NCBI RefSeq assembly: GCF_006345805.1 | Contig: NC_043004.1 | Coordinates: forward strand, 15,872,001-15,936,000 | Reading direction: 5' to 3' | Source: Octopus sinensis | Lineage: Eukaryota | DNA: 64,000 nucleotides | Part shown: positions 52,486 to 64,000 of the stretch, one piece after another | Position numbering within the stretch: position 1 is the stretch's first letter | How the letters are laid out: each line of letters starts with the position of its first letter | Notes under the pieces: generated by a model | The model's input: only the letters and a program-made list of their open reading frames with translations | What the model was told of the DNA's origin: nothing | The model's database searches: none | Program-made: the position numbers and the translations under genes

Positions 52486-55311
52486 CGACGTCGGCAGTAT
52501 AAATAACAATTGGTAGTAATTATCCCCATTTAAACATGGTATTTCTATCAGAACAAATTATGATGTTGTAGTTGCCATGACAGAAATTCTCATATTGGCT
52601 CTTCGGTGCAAAATGCAGCCTTGTTTATATCACTAGCGAGTAGAGAAATCCTCGCTACCTCCAGTGTCGAGACCACCAGAAAACGTGCTTTCGACCTTTT
52701 TGGGACTTGTCAAAGATGAACACCCAATCGCTAGAGGTAGCAGCGAATCATCTCCTAACCAGTGATGTATAGAGTGACAGTCGCGATAACCCACTAAGCT
52801 TGTTAATACACATATATTTGCTACAGGGGCAGTATTAATTCCGGGAGGTGATGTTACCTTGCGGTGATTTGTAATAATATACGGTAGATATATGCCTATA
52901 AAATTTATAATCTATAGACATCCATAACTTAATTCTCTTTGGAAAAACATTGATGCATATTGATTATTGTGTTCTAATCGAAATAATTTTGCAGATTAAT
53001 GTCCTAGACAGTAAGTCTAAATCCTTAGCAGAATATTATATAAGATTATATGTGCATACTGTTTGACGAAAATGTCAGAGATTATAAAAGGAGTTAGAAA
53101 AGTTAACCCTTAATATGAAATAGTGTACAGAAAGCTGTTTTATGTTATATACATGAAAGGGTTATTTCTGTTGAAATCCCGTCACATTGTCTATAAGAGG
53201 AACATGCTGAAATACAAAGAACGCTTTACAAAGATAAAAGGGAAATACGTATGAATACAATCTGTAGATTTAAACTTACGGGTTCATAATCACGATTAAT
53301 GTAAAGAATTGTAAAAGAAAAAAAGCGTTTATTTTCTCTATACACAACAAATGCATTGAATAATGGAGTTCAAAGAATGAAATCAAATAAAGAATATGTA
53401 CGTAATTTTCTTTAGTTATTTTAAAATTTTCCTTTCTTAGTTTCCCAGTCGACCTTATGGAGCATTTCTATATCATACAGGATATCATTCGACCGTCCGG
53501 TTTCAATTCCCAATATTAACACGGTATATATATATATATATGTATATATATATCATGTTTTGCATAGTCGCACCTGGCACTACATTTTCGGACATAGCGG
53601 ATTTTATAGAATGGGGTCAGAAATTAGGCCGAAATTTCCAAAAGGTAAAATGTAACGAGGCCCTTTTCCTAACATATTCCGGACGGTGACGATAGAGGAA
53701 AAAATCATACAACAACTATTGCCATGCCTATGTAACTTTTCCAGATGCTCGAATTAAATGCGAACAATATTGTTTTTAGTCTAGTTGTAGTATACGATTA
53801 ATGTGTTATGAATTCACGTATGTTTCGAGGCGATTGAACATTATATGTCAGGAAGTTTAAAGTTGTAAATTACAACAACTTCAAACTGTTCCAAATTTTG
53901 TGATTTGTATGAGTGCAGTGTGTATATGTTGCGAAATACATTGTTTGGCATGTATGCAATAACCTTTTCGCTAATGTGCCAGACTACCATGTTATAATCA
54001 ATATATTGTTTTTACATTAGTGTTAGATGTGTTAGTTACATATGCAGCCAGAGAGTAAACTTCCAATGTTTGGCCGTTATTTTGCTGCAGTTATTAAATT
54101 TGCCTTTCTCTTGCATGTAGTTAATTTCTAGTACTTTTGTTCTCGTTGATGTTCATGATGGTCCATTGTTTCCAATGATTTATTTGCATCGATGGCAACA
54201 AAGGGATTTCAGATTTAGGCAAAGGCTTATGTTTATTCTATTGTTGCTAGCCTCATTTCTCTGTGATAAATGAAAAATAGAAATTAAAACAGAAGTTATA
54301 TCTACGCATGTGAATTTTAGGAAAATGCTGCTTTGATGCTACTGAAACACTCTTTACTGGAGAATAACAAGTAAGTGCAGGTGAAAATGATATTTTAGAG
54401 AACAGCGCTTTGTGCTGAATTAATATGTTTTATTTTATTTTTAACTTTAGTTGTTGCGTATAGAAGAGACCGCTCGAAATATCATATTGTGAAATATTCA
54501 TGCTTTTATTTTGATGTTTTGCATTTCTGATTTTGACTGCTGCAAATCGGATGGGGTTGGTTTTATTGTTGGAGGAGTGACGGATTTGTGTGACAATATT
54601 CTGGTTAAAATTAGTTTGGTGCTACAACATTTATACATTTTCTCAGAATAAAAAAAAATAGAAAGCGTTTTCGATATTAGAGCGCTCATTTGAAGATGAT
54701 AGTGACCGCAATTCTACCCCCAAGCACTAGATTCTCTTAGTTGAATATTTGACATTTTAGTTTCATTCTGAAATTCTTGAAGGCGAAAATGTTCTTCTGA
54801 CGTTTCTAGTATTCATTACAATGAAGGTTTATTTCACATCTGTTCGTGTGGATTTTAATATTTCGTTTAATGTTTCGCAAAGAAATATGTTTTTTGCTGG
54901 ATTTTCAATATGATACTTAAAATTGCTATTCTTTTATTTAATGGGGTTTAGAAGCCGTTGTTAATAGGAAGTGTTTTAAATGCTACTAATATTGTTCAGA
55001 ACGTTTCAAAGCTGGCCATTCCTTTTATGTAACATGCAATTGTCTACGTAAAATTTGCTTTCATTTCTGGTGCATCTTTCGATTTCGCTTTGTTTATTTA
55101 CTTGGTTGTTTGACAGATATTAAAAATATATTCCTCAGGCATAGTGTTAGAATGACTATGAAATTAATAAGACATTTATTTTCTAGACAACACATTTCAT
55201 TTTTACGCAAAATGTTTACAAAACACATATCTAGATTACGAATCATTCCACTTGAGCTCTAATCAAAGTCGGTTGATATATTCTTAGATTTCTATTACTG
55301 ACATTTAACAA

Positions 55312-55490
55312 ACCGGCGAGCTGACAGCATCGTTAGTCACCGGGAAAAATGCTTAGCGGCATTTCATTCTCACTTACCCTCTGAGTTCAAATTACACCGA
55401 CGTTGACTTTGCCTTCCAATTTACGGGGTCGATAAAATAAGTACAGTTTGACCACTGAGGTCGATGTAGTCGACTTATCCCCAAAATTTG
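55312..55490 (+). mobile_element. OK-like SINE, degenerate
   Basis: ggcgagctgacagcatcgttagtcaccgggaaaaatgcttagcggcatttc...ctgagttcaaatt...ggggtcgataaaataagtac matches the 44093 copy. Confidence 0.85.
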
Positions 55491-56399
55491 AAATCATTAT
55501 TATGATTTAACTATTTAACGGTTTATTATCTCGCCTAAAATCATGTGGGCAACTATTGTGCTATCTCGCGATCATAGAGGTTAGATATGAGTTTTGTGTT
55601 TAGGGATTTATCTTATTGCTACTTTTATCATAAATCATTATACACTTTTAACAAAATAGTTAGCGAAATACCAATTTTCAACATAATAATAGTAATATTA
55701 AATTATCATCAGACAGGATATTAATAGGAGTCTACACAAATTTACGAATTTGCAAAACTGGCATGTTTTTTTTTTACCGAATGTGATTTATGATGTTAAT
55801 GAGTACCGTGTGGGAGACGATTCGAGAGATTGTCTGCTATTTGGTTGCCATGGCTAATTTTTTAGATTTGCTATGGTTTTCGGATTCATTGTGTAAACAT
55901 CTACATTTTTTAGCCAATTTTAGCGTTGATGCTTATAATTATAATCTAATACGGCGTTAATTCCTTGAGGATCATAGAATTTCAAAATAGCATTATTTCT
56001 AGCGAGAAAACACCATGGAGAGTAGCTACAGAAGATGATTCTGTGTAGTTTGTAACACGTTCACGCTACATTAGCAGATTTTGAAGTGAAAATTCGATCG
56101 AAACATTGACATTTCGTATATATTGCAAAGGAATGTCAGCTTGGTACTATAACCACATTCTCGTTACAGGCTATTATAAGAACGTCTAGACATGTTATTT
56201 TGTTGACACATTAGAACATTCAGGAATCTCGTTGTATTATAAAGTGCAGTAGGTCAAAACAGCTTCAATTCTGATGGCGGACTCAACACAGGATTAGATA
56301 ACAAATAATCAGCTTTACTTTTAAAAGTAATTAAATGTTCAACAAAATATCACCAAATTGACCTGACATGCCGTGAGAAAACCTAATATACAACCGACT

Positions 56400-56580
56400 C
56401 GAGCAAATGACGGAAGACAAGCAAATGAAATTTATCGTATTGAAAGAACATCATGCAATGTGAACTTGCATAAGTTGGTGATGATATAAACAGAAGCAAG
56501 ATTAGAATTAATGAGGCTGCTGTCTATGCTTTGAAGAAAGACAAATGGCGAAAGTGTTTTGAACATTGCTCACTGCAAAC
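56400..56580 (+). mobile_element. Possible RTE 3'-end relic
   Basis: VGDDINRSKIRINEAAVYALKKDKWRK resembles the RTE terminal W.DDI......EA...A.DR.KWR. Confidence 0.3.
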
Positions 56581-57138
56581 CTTATCAAACATAATGTGTT
56601 ATCACAAAAAGAAACGGAAGAAAACGCCAAAGGTGTGGAGGAATATTGACAAGTAGAACATTTCTATTAAGAGGGAAATAGTCAGCAAAGTTGGGGATGG
56701 TGTCTTGAATGAATATCGCTTGTTGTGATTTGATCTGGCGATAACAAAATGCTGTGGAAGGGAATGTGGTGTTTAGATCATCCTTACACCAGCGCTCCAT
56801 GCAAAATTATTATATAACTTGGAATATCGGAAACTGAATTTGAACACTACATGTGTGTGTGTGTGTGTGCTGGTGTGAGAGTGTGTGTGAGTGTGTGTGT
56901 GTGTGAGTGTATGTGTCTGTGTGCGTACGCGCGTATGTGTATGTGTGTGTGCGTGTGCGTGTGTGTGTGTGTGTGTGTTTATTTGTGATTCTGTATGGAT
57001 ATATACCAATTTACATATAAGACACATTCCTGGGGCTGGTATGTAAACTAAAGACTTATTGGTATGTATATCCAATAACTTAACACCGCTGTAAGCAGTG
57101 GCTAGATAAGCAACGTGTTGCTGGGCAATAGTGAGATA

Positions 57139-57192
57139 GATGAGTGCTGAAGAAGGGGCAGCAAACCCTGGAATATGGCATATACATGCATT
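57139..57192 (+). ncRNA. Hammerhead-ribozyme-like motif (type I topology, one core mismatch)
   Basis: CTGAAGA (57147-57153), stem II AGGG/CCCT, GGAA in place of GAAA, a short stem III ATAT-ggc-ATAT, cleavage triplet ATA, and stem I gatgagtg/catgcatt. Folded by eye only. Confidence 0.35.
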
Positions 57193-57698
57193 ACCAACTC
57201 TTCTCTTCGATCACAGTGTCTGTTTACCTCTCACGTCTCAGTACGAAACATCGTAGCAAAAGTCAGTGCTGGCTATAAGTTCTATGGAATATCTGCAGAA
57301 TCATTATTAATGTAAGAGCAATCAATAGACTCAAGAGAACGTGACACTGACTTATGCAAACATTTAGTATATCTTACAGTATATTGTGATTGCATAACAA
57401 AATACCACGTACATACAAATGTTTAATACTCACATATTTTGTATTGATATGCATGTGCGCATGCGTATGTACTTATATTTATAGTTCATATATGAACGTT
57501 CACAAACGTTCTTCCAATAATCTTACTCATAACGAGAGCAACTCCAATCAACTGATTTGCTAGGTAAAGTAACACATTAGATTGATTCACACGGCATGAA
57601 AACATAGGTAGCCTCCTTAACCAAGAAAGAAGAAATATTTATCTTCCAATGTAGCGTTGATCATTCATTTAGATACCTGTTTCGTCTTTTGTATTGTT

Positions 57699-57729
<31 letters not shown>

Positions 57730-58074
57730 GTGTGTGTGTGTGTATGTGTGTGTATGTATGTATGTACGTATTGGAAAAATCGCCAGAGTATCGGAAGTGG
57801 CGCAGTAATTGCTCCTACTATTTGTCTGTGTTCAAATCTCATCGACGTCAGCATAATCTTTAATGAATGTATATATATATAGATTTACATACTCACATGC
57901 ACACACACACACAGACACACACATATACACATGCACGTGCACACTTATCCACGTATGCACGCACACATAAGTGCTTGTATATATATAAAATATACAAATA
58001 TGTACGTGTATATGTATATATACACATATATCTATGCTTATACATATACATATATACGTGTGTGTGTACATAGT

Positions 58075-58118
<44 letters not shown>

Positions 58119-58561
58119 AATTTATATATATATATATATATATATATATGCATGTATACTAATGCATAATCATACAGGATATATAATTGAATACTACATA
58201 TGGGCAATATACATTAGATGCACTGATATTTATTCTTGAGTAATTATGTAACTGAACAATAAGAACGACTGTTACTTAAATATATATCACTTGAAGCTCT
58301 TTATTTCCTGTAGCGCCATTTTCTTTTATCTGTGTTTCTCTGTTCTATCACTTTCTCCGTCATTTGAGTATCTCTTAACTGCTTCTATCTTTATCTCTCA
58401 TATATGCATAAGTGCATCTAAGCGTATATGTGTTTCAGTATATATACATGTGTGTCTGTGTGCGTGTGGCTTTGTACATGTGTGTGCGTGTGTATATATT
58501 TTCATGTACTCTCACAAACATATATAGCTAATTACAAATACGTATGCTTGTACCTATATAT

Positions 58562-58623
<62 letters not shown>

Positions 58624-58746
58624 ATATGTATGCATACACACACAAATATCTATACATATACATGTGTGTGTAGTCATGTATGTCTATGTATGTACATACA
58701 CACTTTTATGTCTATATATATATATAAACTTATATATGCATGTATG

Positions 58747-58790
<44 letters not shown>

Positions 58791-58822
58791 CTTGTGTGTG
58801 TGCATACGTACATACATGCACT

Positions 58823-59000
<178 letters not shown>

Positions 59001-59810
59001 TATTATATACATATATATACATGCAGATATACATGCAGACGTGAATACATACCCACATAAATACATACATACGTTCATACATACACACAGGCAATATGTA
59101 CGTACATAAAGCCGGTCTTCGGGATATTGATCTTATTCTTTGTCTGAAAATTCAAATCCAATTTAGAATCCCTACGATCGCCTGAGATCAAAGAACTGCC
59201 TGCCACTTTACAGCAGATCTTATATATCTTCTAATTAGCGATTCTCTTTGAACTGTCGCTTTTCTTTCTTCGCTTACATATATGCATATATCTTTCATTT
59301 CCTCCAACCGTGGGATACCAAGTTTGATGTAGTTGCTCCTTCTTCCTCTTCGCAATCTTCCTTCCAGATATGAATATTCAGCTTATTTATCTAAACATAG
59401 ATAAACCCAATTAAATCGGGCCATTCATTGCCTTGTGAAATTGATTAGGCAGGCCTTGACTTGTGATTATTTTGATTACTCTGAGGTTTTTTGTCAACAA
59501 ACTTTTCGAAGCAAATTTCTTCATATTTCTGTTTTTACTCATTTATTTTTGCTTCGGTTTTTGTATTTGCTTTTTAATTTCAGCAAAGCATAGCATTTGG
59601 CATTGAAATTCATATTGGAAACTTGTAATATCTTTATATCTTAAAATACAAATTAATGTACATATAGAAGCAAGAATGAACAAACACGTACATCAACGTA
59701 TTATTACTTCACATATAACATATTATAAACATATATTATTATTATTATTGAGTGAGAGAGCAGTGCATGCCATCAAAGTGACACTGGGGTGTCACTTTGG
59801 TGTCACTGGG

Positions 59811-59812
<2 letters not shown>

Positions 59813-59863
<51 letters not shown>

Positions 59864-60058
59864 CATCATCATCATTATTATTGTTGTTGTTGTTGTTGTT
59901 ATTATTATCATCATCATCATCATAACCATCATCCACTTCATCATCATCATCATCAACATCACAACCACCATCATCGTCATCAGCAAAGTGTGTTATGATT
60001 ATTATCATCATCATTAGTATTATTGCTATATCTATCGTTATTATTTCTTTTTCTTCTT

Positions 60059-60089
<31 letters not shown>

Positions 60090-60150
60090 AACCACCACCA
60101 CCACCACCACCACTACTATTACTACTACTTTTGCTGCTGATGCTGCTGCT
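59813..60150. repeat. Compound trinucleotide array (ATT, ATC, GTT, ACT, ACC, GCT)
   Basis: Read directly; it produces the poly-I/V/T/D/N ORFs. Confidence 0.95.
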
Positions 60151-61628
60151 AATACACTTTTCTTTAAAATGGGCATATTGTATACCGTTACTCCGTCTAG
60201 GTTGGGGAAATGGTATTTGTGCTTATTTCATTAAATAGCTCTAAAATTACATCAGATTCTTTTAACGGTCACATTTGTACATCCTACTGTTATACGGCTT
60301 GCTGCCGCCTTGAATTGCACGCATAACTAGATAGAAAGTATTCTTATATTCACATTAATATTCATTAAGTTACGTTCTAAGCCAGCTTTATTTCCATTAC
60401 TAAATAGAAATATCTTAGAATGTTTAACAAAAGGCATGTGTTCTACTGACAGAGTTATTGTGCCTGGTCCAAATGTTACACACAAATTCGATTAACTAGT
60501 CTTTATTATAAAAGGGGTTAGCAATAGTTGTGTAACTTTTCTAAAAGAATATTAACAAAATACAAGCACACACATACACATTCACACACATATTCTTTAT
60601 TTGTGGATTAAAAATGCTAAAACTAGTGTCATAGATATCAATTTTTCAATCGCTCACTTATGTATGCTCATGATATTGTTTCATGCTGGATGAGATTATC
60701 TGTACGGATTCTTACTGTTAAGCGTGAAAACATACATCGAGGAATGGTTTTATGGCAAAATATGTTAAATCTTGAACAGCATTGTCGGTGACATCTTTCA
60801 TGTCGGTAACTGTTTGAAGATATAATTTACTCGAGAGGTCATCAGGTGAAACGAAATTCACAGTATGTAAATGGAATGGTGTATAAATATTTCATTCACA
60901 GACACCCCGAAACTTATAAACACGGTGAGACCTAGTACATAAATCTTGTTCAAACCAGGTATCATTTCTTTGTTGGGAATCCAAATTCCATCAGTCCCTT
61001 CGTAAACATATACTTCGGAATTTTTCAAAGATTATATAATTTGGTGTTTGTAGTAGATATATATCACTTTCCATGAAATGTTCTGACAAAATTATTATAC
61101 TATTTGTGCCTTCGTTAGGGCATCGAAATAGCATTGACATTTCAGAATGATTGTTCTGATAGATTCTTTAGTTACATCATCGATATCAGAGACAAGAACT
61201 TATGAATAGATAATATTCAAGAAATTCCGTTCTAATTTCCTAAATCCCCATGATACGATCTACTTGAAAATGGTCATTGCTACTGACGCTTGAGTCAGAC
61301 AGTTGACATGAGAATTTCGTGGGTTTTTTCATACTTCTATGCACACACAATCAAGCGTGCACACACAAATGCAAACACATACACACACGTACAAATATAT
61401 ACATACACATATGCATACACACAATCACCTACTTCTCTCACTTGCTCTCCACTCTCCGTCTATGTACAGATGTATATACTCAGCAGTATTAGCGCCAAGA
61501 TGTCTTTAGACATAACTAAGTTAAAATATGTTAGTATGTTAGACACACTTCGAAAGGCAAATTTACCCCAGATACGGCGGAAAAAAGGGGAGAAACACAG
61601 ACACACAACTACACGAATACACACACAG

Positions 61629-61669
<41 letters not shown>

Positions 61670-61671
61670 CG

Positions 61672-61815
61672 AAGGGCTTTTTTCAGTTTCCATGTACGAA
61701 ATCCACTCACAAGTCTTTCGTCGAGTTGTGGTTATAATAGAAGATACTTGCCCAAGTTACCACGCATTAGAACTGAATCCGGAAGTATGTGGTTGGGAAG
61801 CAAGCTTCTTACCAT
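61672..61815 (-). mobile_element. SINE fragment (third family)
   Basis: ttcagtttcc.tgtacgaaatccactcacaag...tagaagatacttgcccaag...ggttgggaagcaagcttcttacca. Confidence 0.7.
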
Positions 61816-62282
61816 AATTTATCTCGTATGTATGTTTGTGTGTGTGATTGTGCGTGTGTGTCTTTTGCGTGTGTGTTTTTTTTTGTGTGTGTGAATGTGT
61901 GTTTTTTTTGTGTGTGCGTGTGTTTGTAGGTATGTATCTGTGTATAGCTCTGCACAACTGATACTGTGATTTAGTAATAGCATTTTGTACATGTATATAA
62001 AATCTATGATACATTTTCATTAACGGTTTGCGCATTTCTTTGATCTCATGGGAAATATAGTCATCAAATTTAAAGATGAAACACAATATGCCGACGAGTA
62101 AAGTGCCACTGACATTTCGTGTTAATTAGATTTACATTTGAACTTAAAATATTTTAGTCACACTGTTTAGCTTTGCTTCCTTCAGTCTCTCTATTTGCAT
62201 GTCGTAGTCGACTTTGTCTCACCAATAACCGGCATACACATGCAAATTGAGCAGTGTATCCTTGCACTATTTTAAAAACAAT

Positions 62283-62328
<46 letters not shown>

Positions 62329-62330
62329 AT

Positions 62331-62866
62331 ATGGTATTATTAAAATACCATCACAAGTGGTAAGCGAATTATTAGCCGTACAGGCAAATTAATAAAATAT
62401 ATACATACAATATTAGATATGTACACATATACATAAGGGTACTAAATGAGTACCTATATCGCTCATGATAGAAGTCAAAAATACTTCTGTACCACCGAAA
62501 AGTCACAAATCTGTTACAGACAAGACAGGAAAAAATATCAGTGAACAATAATAATGTCTTACCTCAAATGGATCAGAACAAGTAAATGCTGGTCAACTCG
62601 GTACCGGTTTCGAAATTTAGCGCCAGCTAGACGCGTGATTTCTCATCAGCCGAAATCCGCCAGCTAAATAACTACTAACATTCTCCCCCATCATGCCTGC
62701 GAAAGCTCGTTTTAAGTGACCAAGCACCGTACGAACAAACGAATCGCGTAAAATCATTTATAAATATAGGGATGGTATTAAAATACCATCACAAGTGGTA
62801 AGCGAATTATTAGCCGTACCGGAAAATTAATAAAATATAAACTTACAATATTAGATATGTACATAT
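62331..62866 (+). repeat. ~100-bp direct repeat pair (62331-62428 and 62772-62866)
   Basis: Shared atggtatt..aataccatcacaagtggtaagcgaattattagccgtac.gg.aaattaataaaatata..c.tacaatattagatatgtaca.atat. Confidence 0.92.
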
Positions 62867-62889
62867 ATCTAATATACATATATCTAATA

Positions 62890-62995
62890 TAAGGATATAG
62901 CAGAAGGCACATGCCGAGTTACTACACAGTGGGACTGAACAAAGGACCATGTGTTTTGGAACCAAGTTTGTTACCACACAGCCACACCTGCACCT
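62890..62995 (-). mobile_element. SINE 5' fragment (third family)
   Basis: gatatagcagaaggcacatgccgag...ccaagtttgttaccacacagccacacctgcaccta matches the 61672 and 23112 copies. Confidence 0.7.
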
Positions 62996-63795
62996 ATGCA
63001 TGTATGTGTGTGTATGTGTATGTGGGTGAATATATGTATGCATGTATATATGTGTATATATATATATATATGTACATATTACATGTACATCTATATATAT
63101 ATGCATCTGCACATACATGTATACATATACATCTATATCTATAGAAATACATCTATACATATAGATGTATACATATACATCTATATAGACGTGTATATAT
63201 ATACATCTATATAGACGTGTATATATATATATATATATACACCATACATCTATATATATACATCCATATATATACATGTATATATTTTACTACAAAAATA
63301 AGTCTCCACAGACAACAATATTTGTAACTCACATATGGCAAAAAAAAAGAAGAAAAATAATGAAATCACAGTCTTCGGTTAATTATGGACGTACATTTCT
63401 GGATTAGAATCACAAGACTCATTTCCTTTATCGACATAACATTCCTATAAATCTAGAAATGCTAGGAAAACTCACCTCCTATATTTTCGATCAAGCGACA
63501 TCGAAAAATATAAAAGCTCATCAGCAAATCCACATTTATATAGACAAGTGAATTCGTATTTCCCTCCAGAATCTTTACCACGTGAGTCACAAAATAGTAC
63601 TGCCGAAAAGAAGATTCGTAGTTTTGTCATAGGGGAGTTAAATAGTCACTACAGTTATAGGGTGAAATATAATTAATTTAATAAATTATAATTATATAAA
63701 CTTTTACCGAATATGGTCCTTTTCCATACCGAAATACTACTAGATGAAATTTGTTGATTTTATTAAATTAATTATATTTCACCCTATATCTGTAA

Positions 63796-63799
<4 letters not shown>

Positions 63800-63843
<44 letters not shown>

Positions 63844-63959
63844 TTCAAACCTGATTCATAAGCAAGAATTAGGTTTGAAGTTTATATATATATATATATA
63901 ATATATATATATATATATAAAACTTCAAACCTGATTCATAAAGCAAGAATTAGGTTTGA

Positions 63960-64000
<41 letters not shown>
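63800..64000. repeat. (TA)n tract containing two copies of a 44-45-bp hairpin module
   Basis: aaacttcaaacct-gattcata(a)agcaagaatt-aggtttgaagttt at 63840-63883 and 63920-63964. Confidence 0.95.

Noticed and set aside
52995-53010. 16-nt microexon reading INVLD (cadherin-like)
   Set aside because: Five residues are not evidence, and there is no other cadherin sequence in the window.
53492-53690. 9-bp inverted repeat accgtccgg/ccggacggt
   Set aside because: Too short, and no TSD was found.
54321-54370. 50-nt segment ttttag|...|gtaagt (ENAALMLLKHSLLENN)
   Set aside because: Not assignable by itself; used only in the speculative exon chain.
59230-59400. Minus-strand EGRLRRGRRSNYIKLGIPRLEEMK, resembling an RTE tail
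   Set aside because: The similarity is too loose to list as a feature.
60718-61140. 141-codon minus-strand frame interrupted only by two TGA codons (selenoprotein or pseudogene idea)
   Set aside because: A rough estimate from base composition predicts a few such frames by chance in 64 kb across six frames. No SECIS or convincing domain was seen.

Overview
AT-rich eukaryotic non-coding DNA dense in microsatellites, with no host gene I can identify. The tRNA-derived SINE families, RTE LINEs, Penelope-like elements and long (TA)n/(TAGA)n tracts match what I recall of octopod cephalopod (Octopus) genomes. That assignment is an inference, not a database result. Most entries in the ORF track are translations of microsatellites or of the antisense strand of repeats. 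Well-supported content: a near full-length degenerate Tc1 transposon with two binding-site-like repeats at each end (3865-5439); a maT/DD37D-like transposase relic; a 1.5 kb RTE reverse-transcriptase pseudogene; two Penelope-like (PLE) fragments, one with RT and GIY-YIG in opposite orientations; a non-autonomous Helitron with intact ends; two MITEs, one with a 9-bp target-site duplication inside a SINE; about 11 SINE copies; and an ~880 bp tandem duplication bounded by (TA)n. The most unusual observations are a hammerhead-ribozyme-like fold at 57.1 kb, short hairpin modules embedded in (TA)n tracts, and a CpG-rich possible first exon bracketed by a 100-bp direct repeat. I found no convincing new biological system. 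The candidate exons are weak and flagged as such. Boundaries of degenerate elements are approximate.
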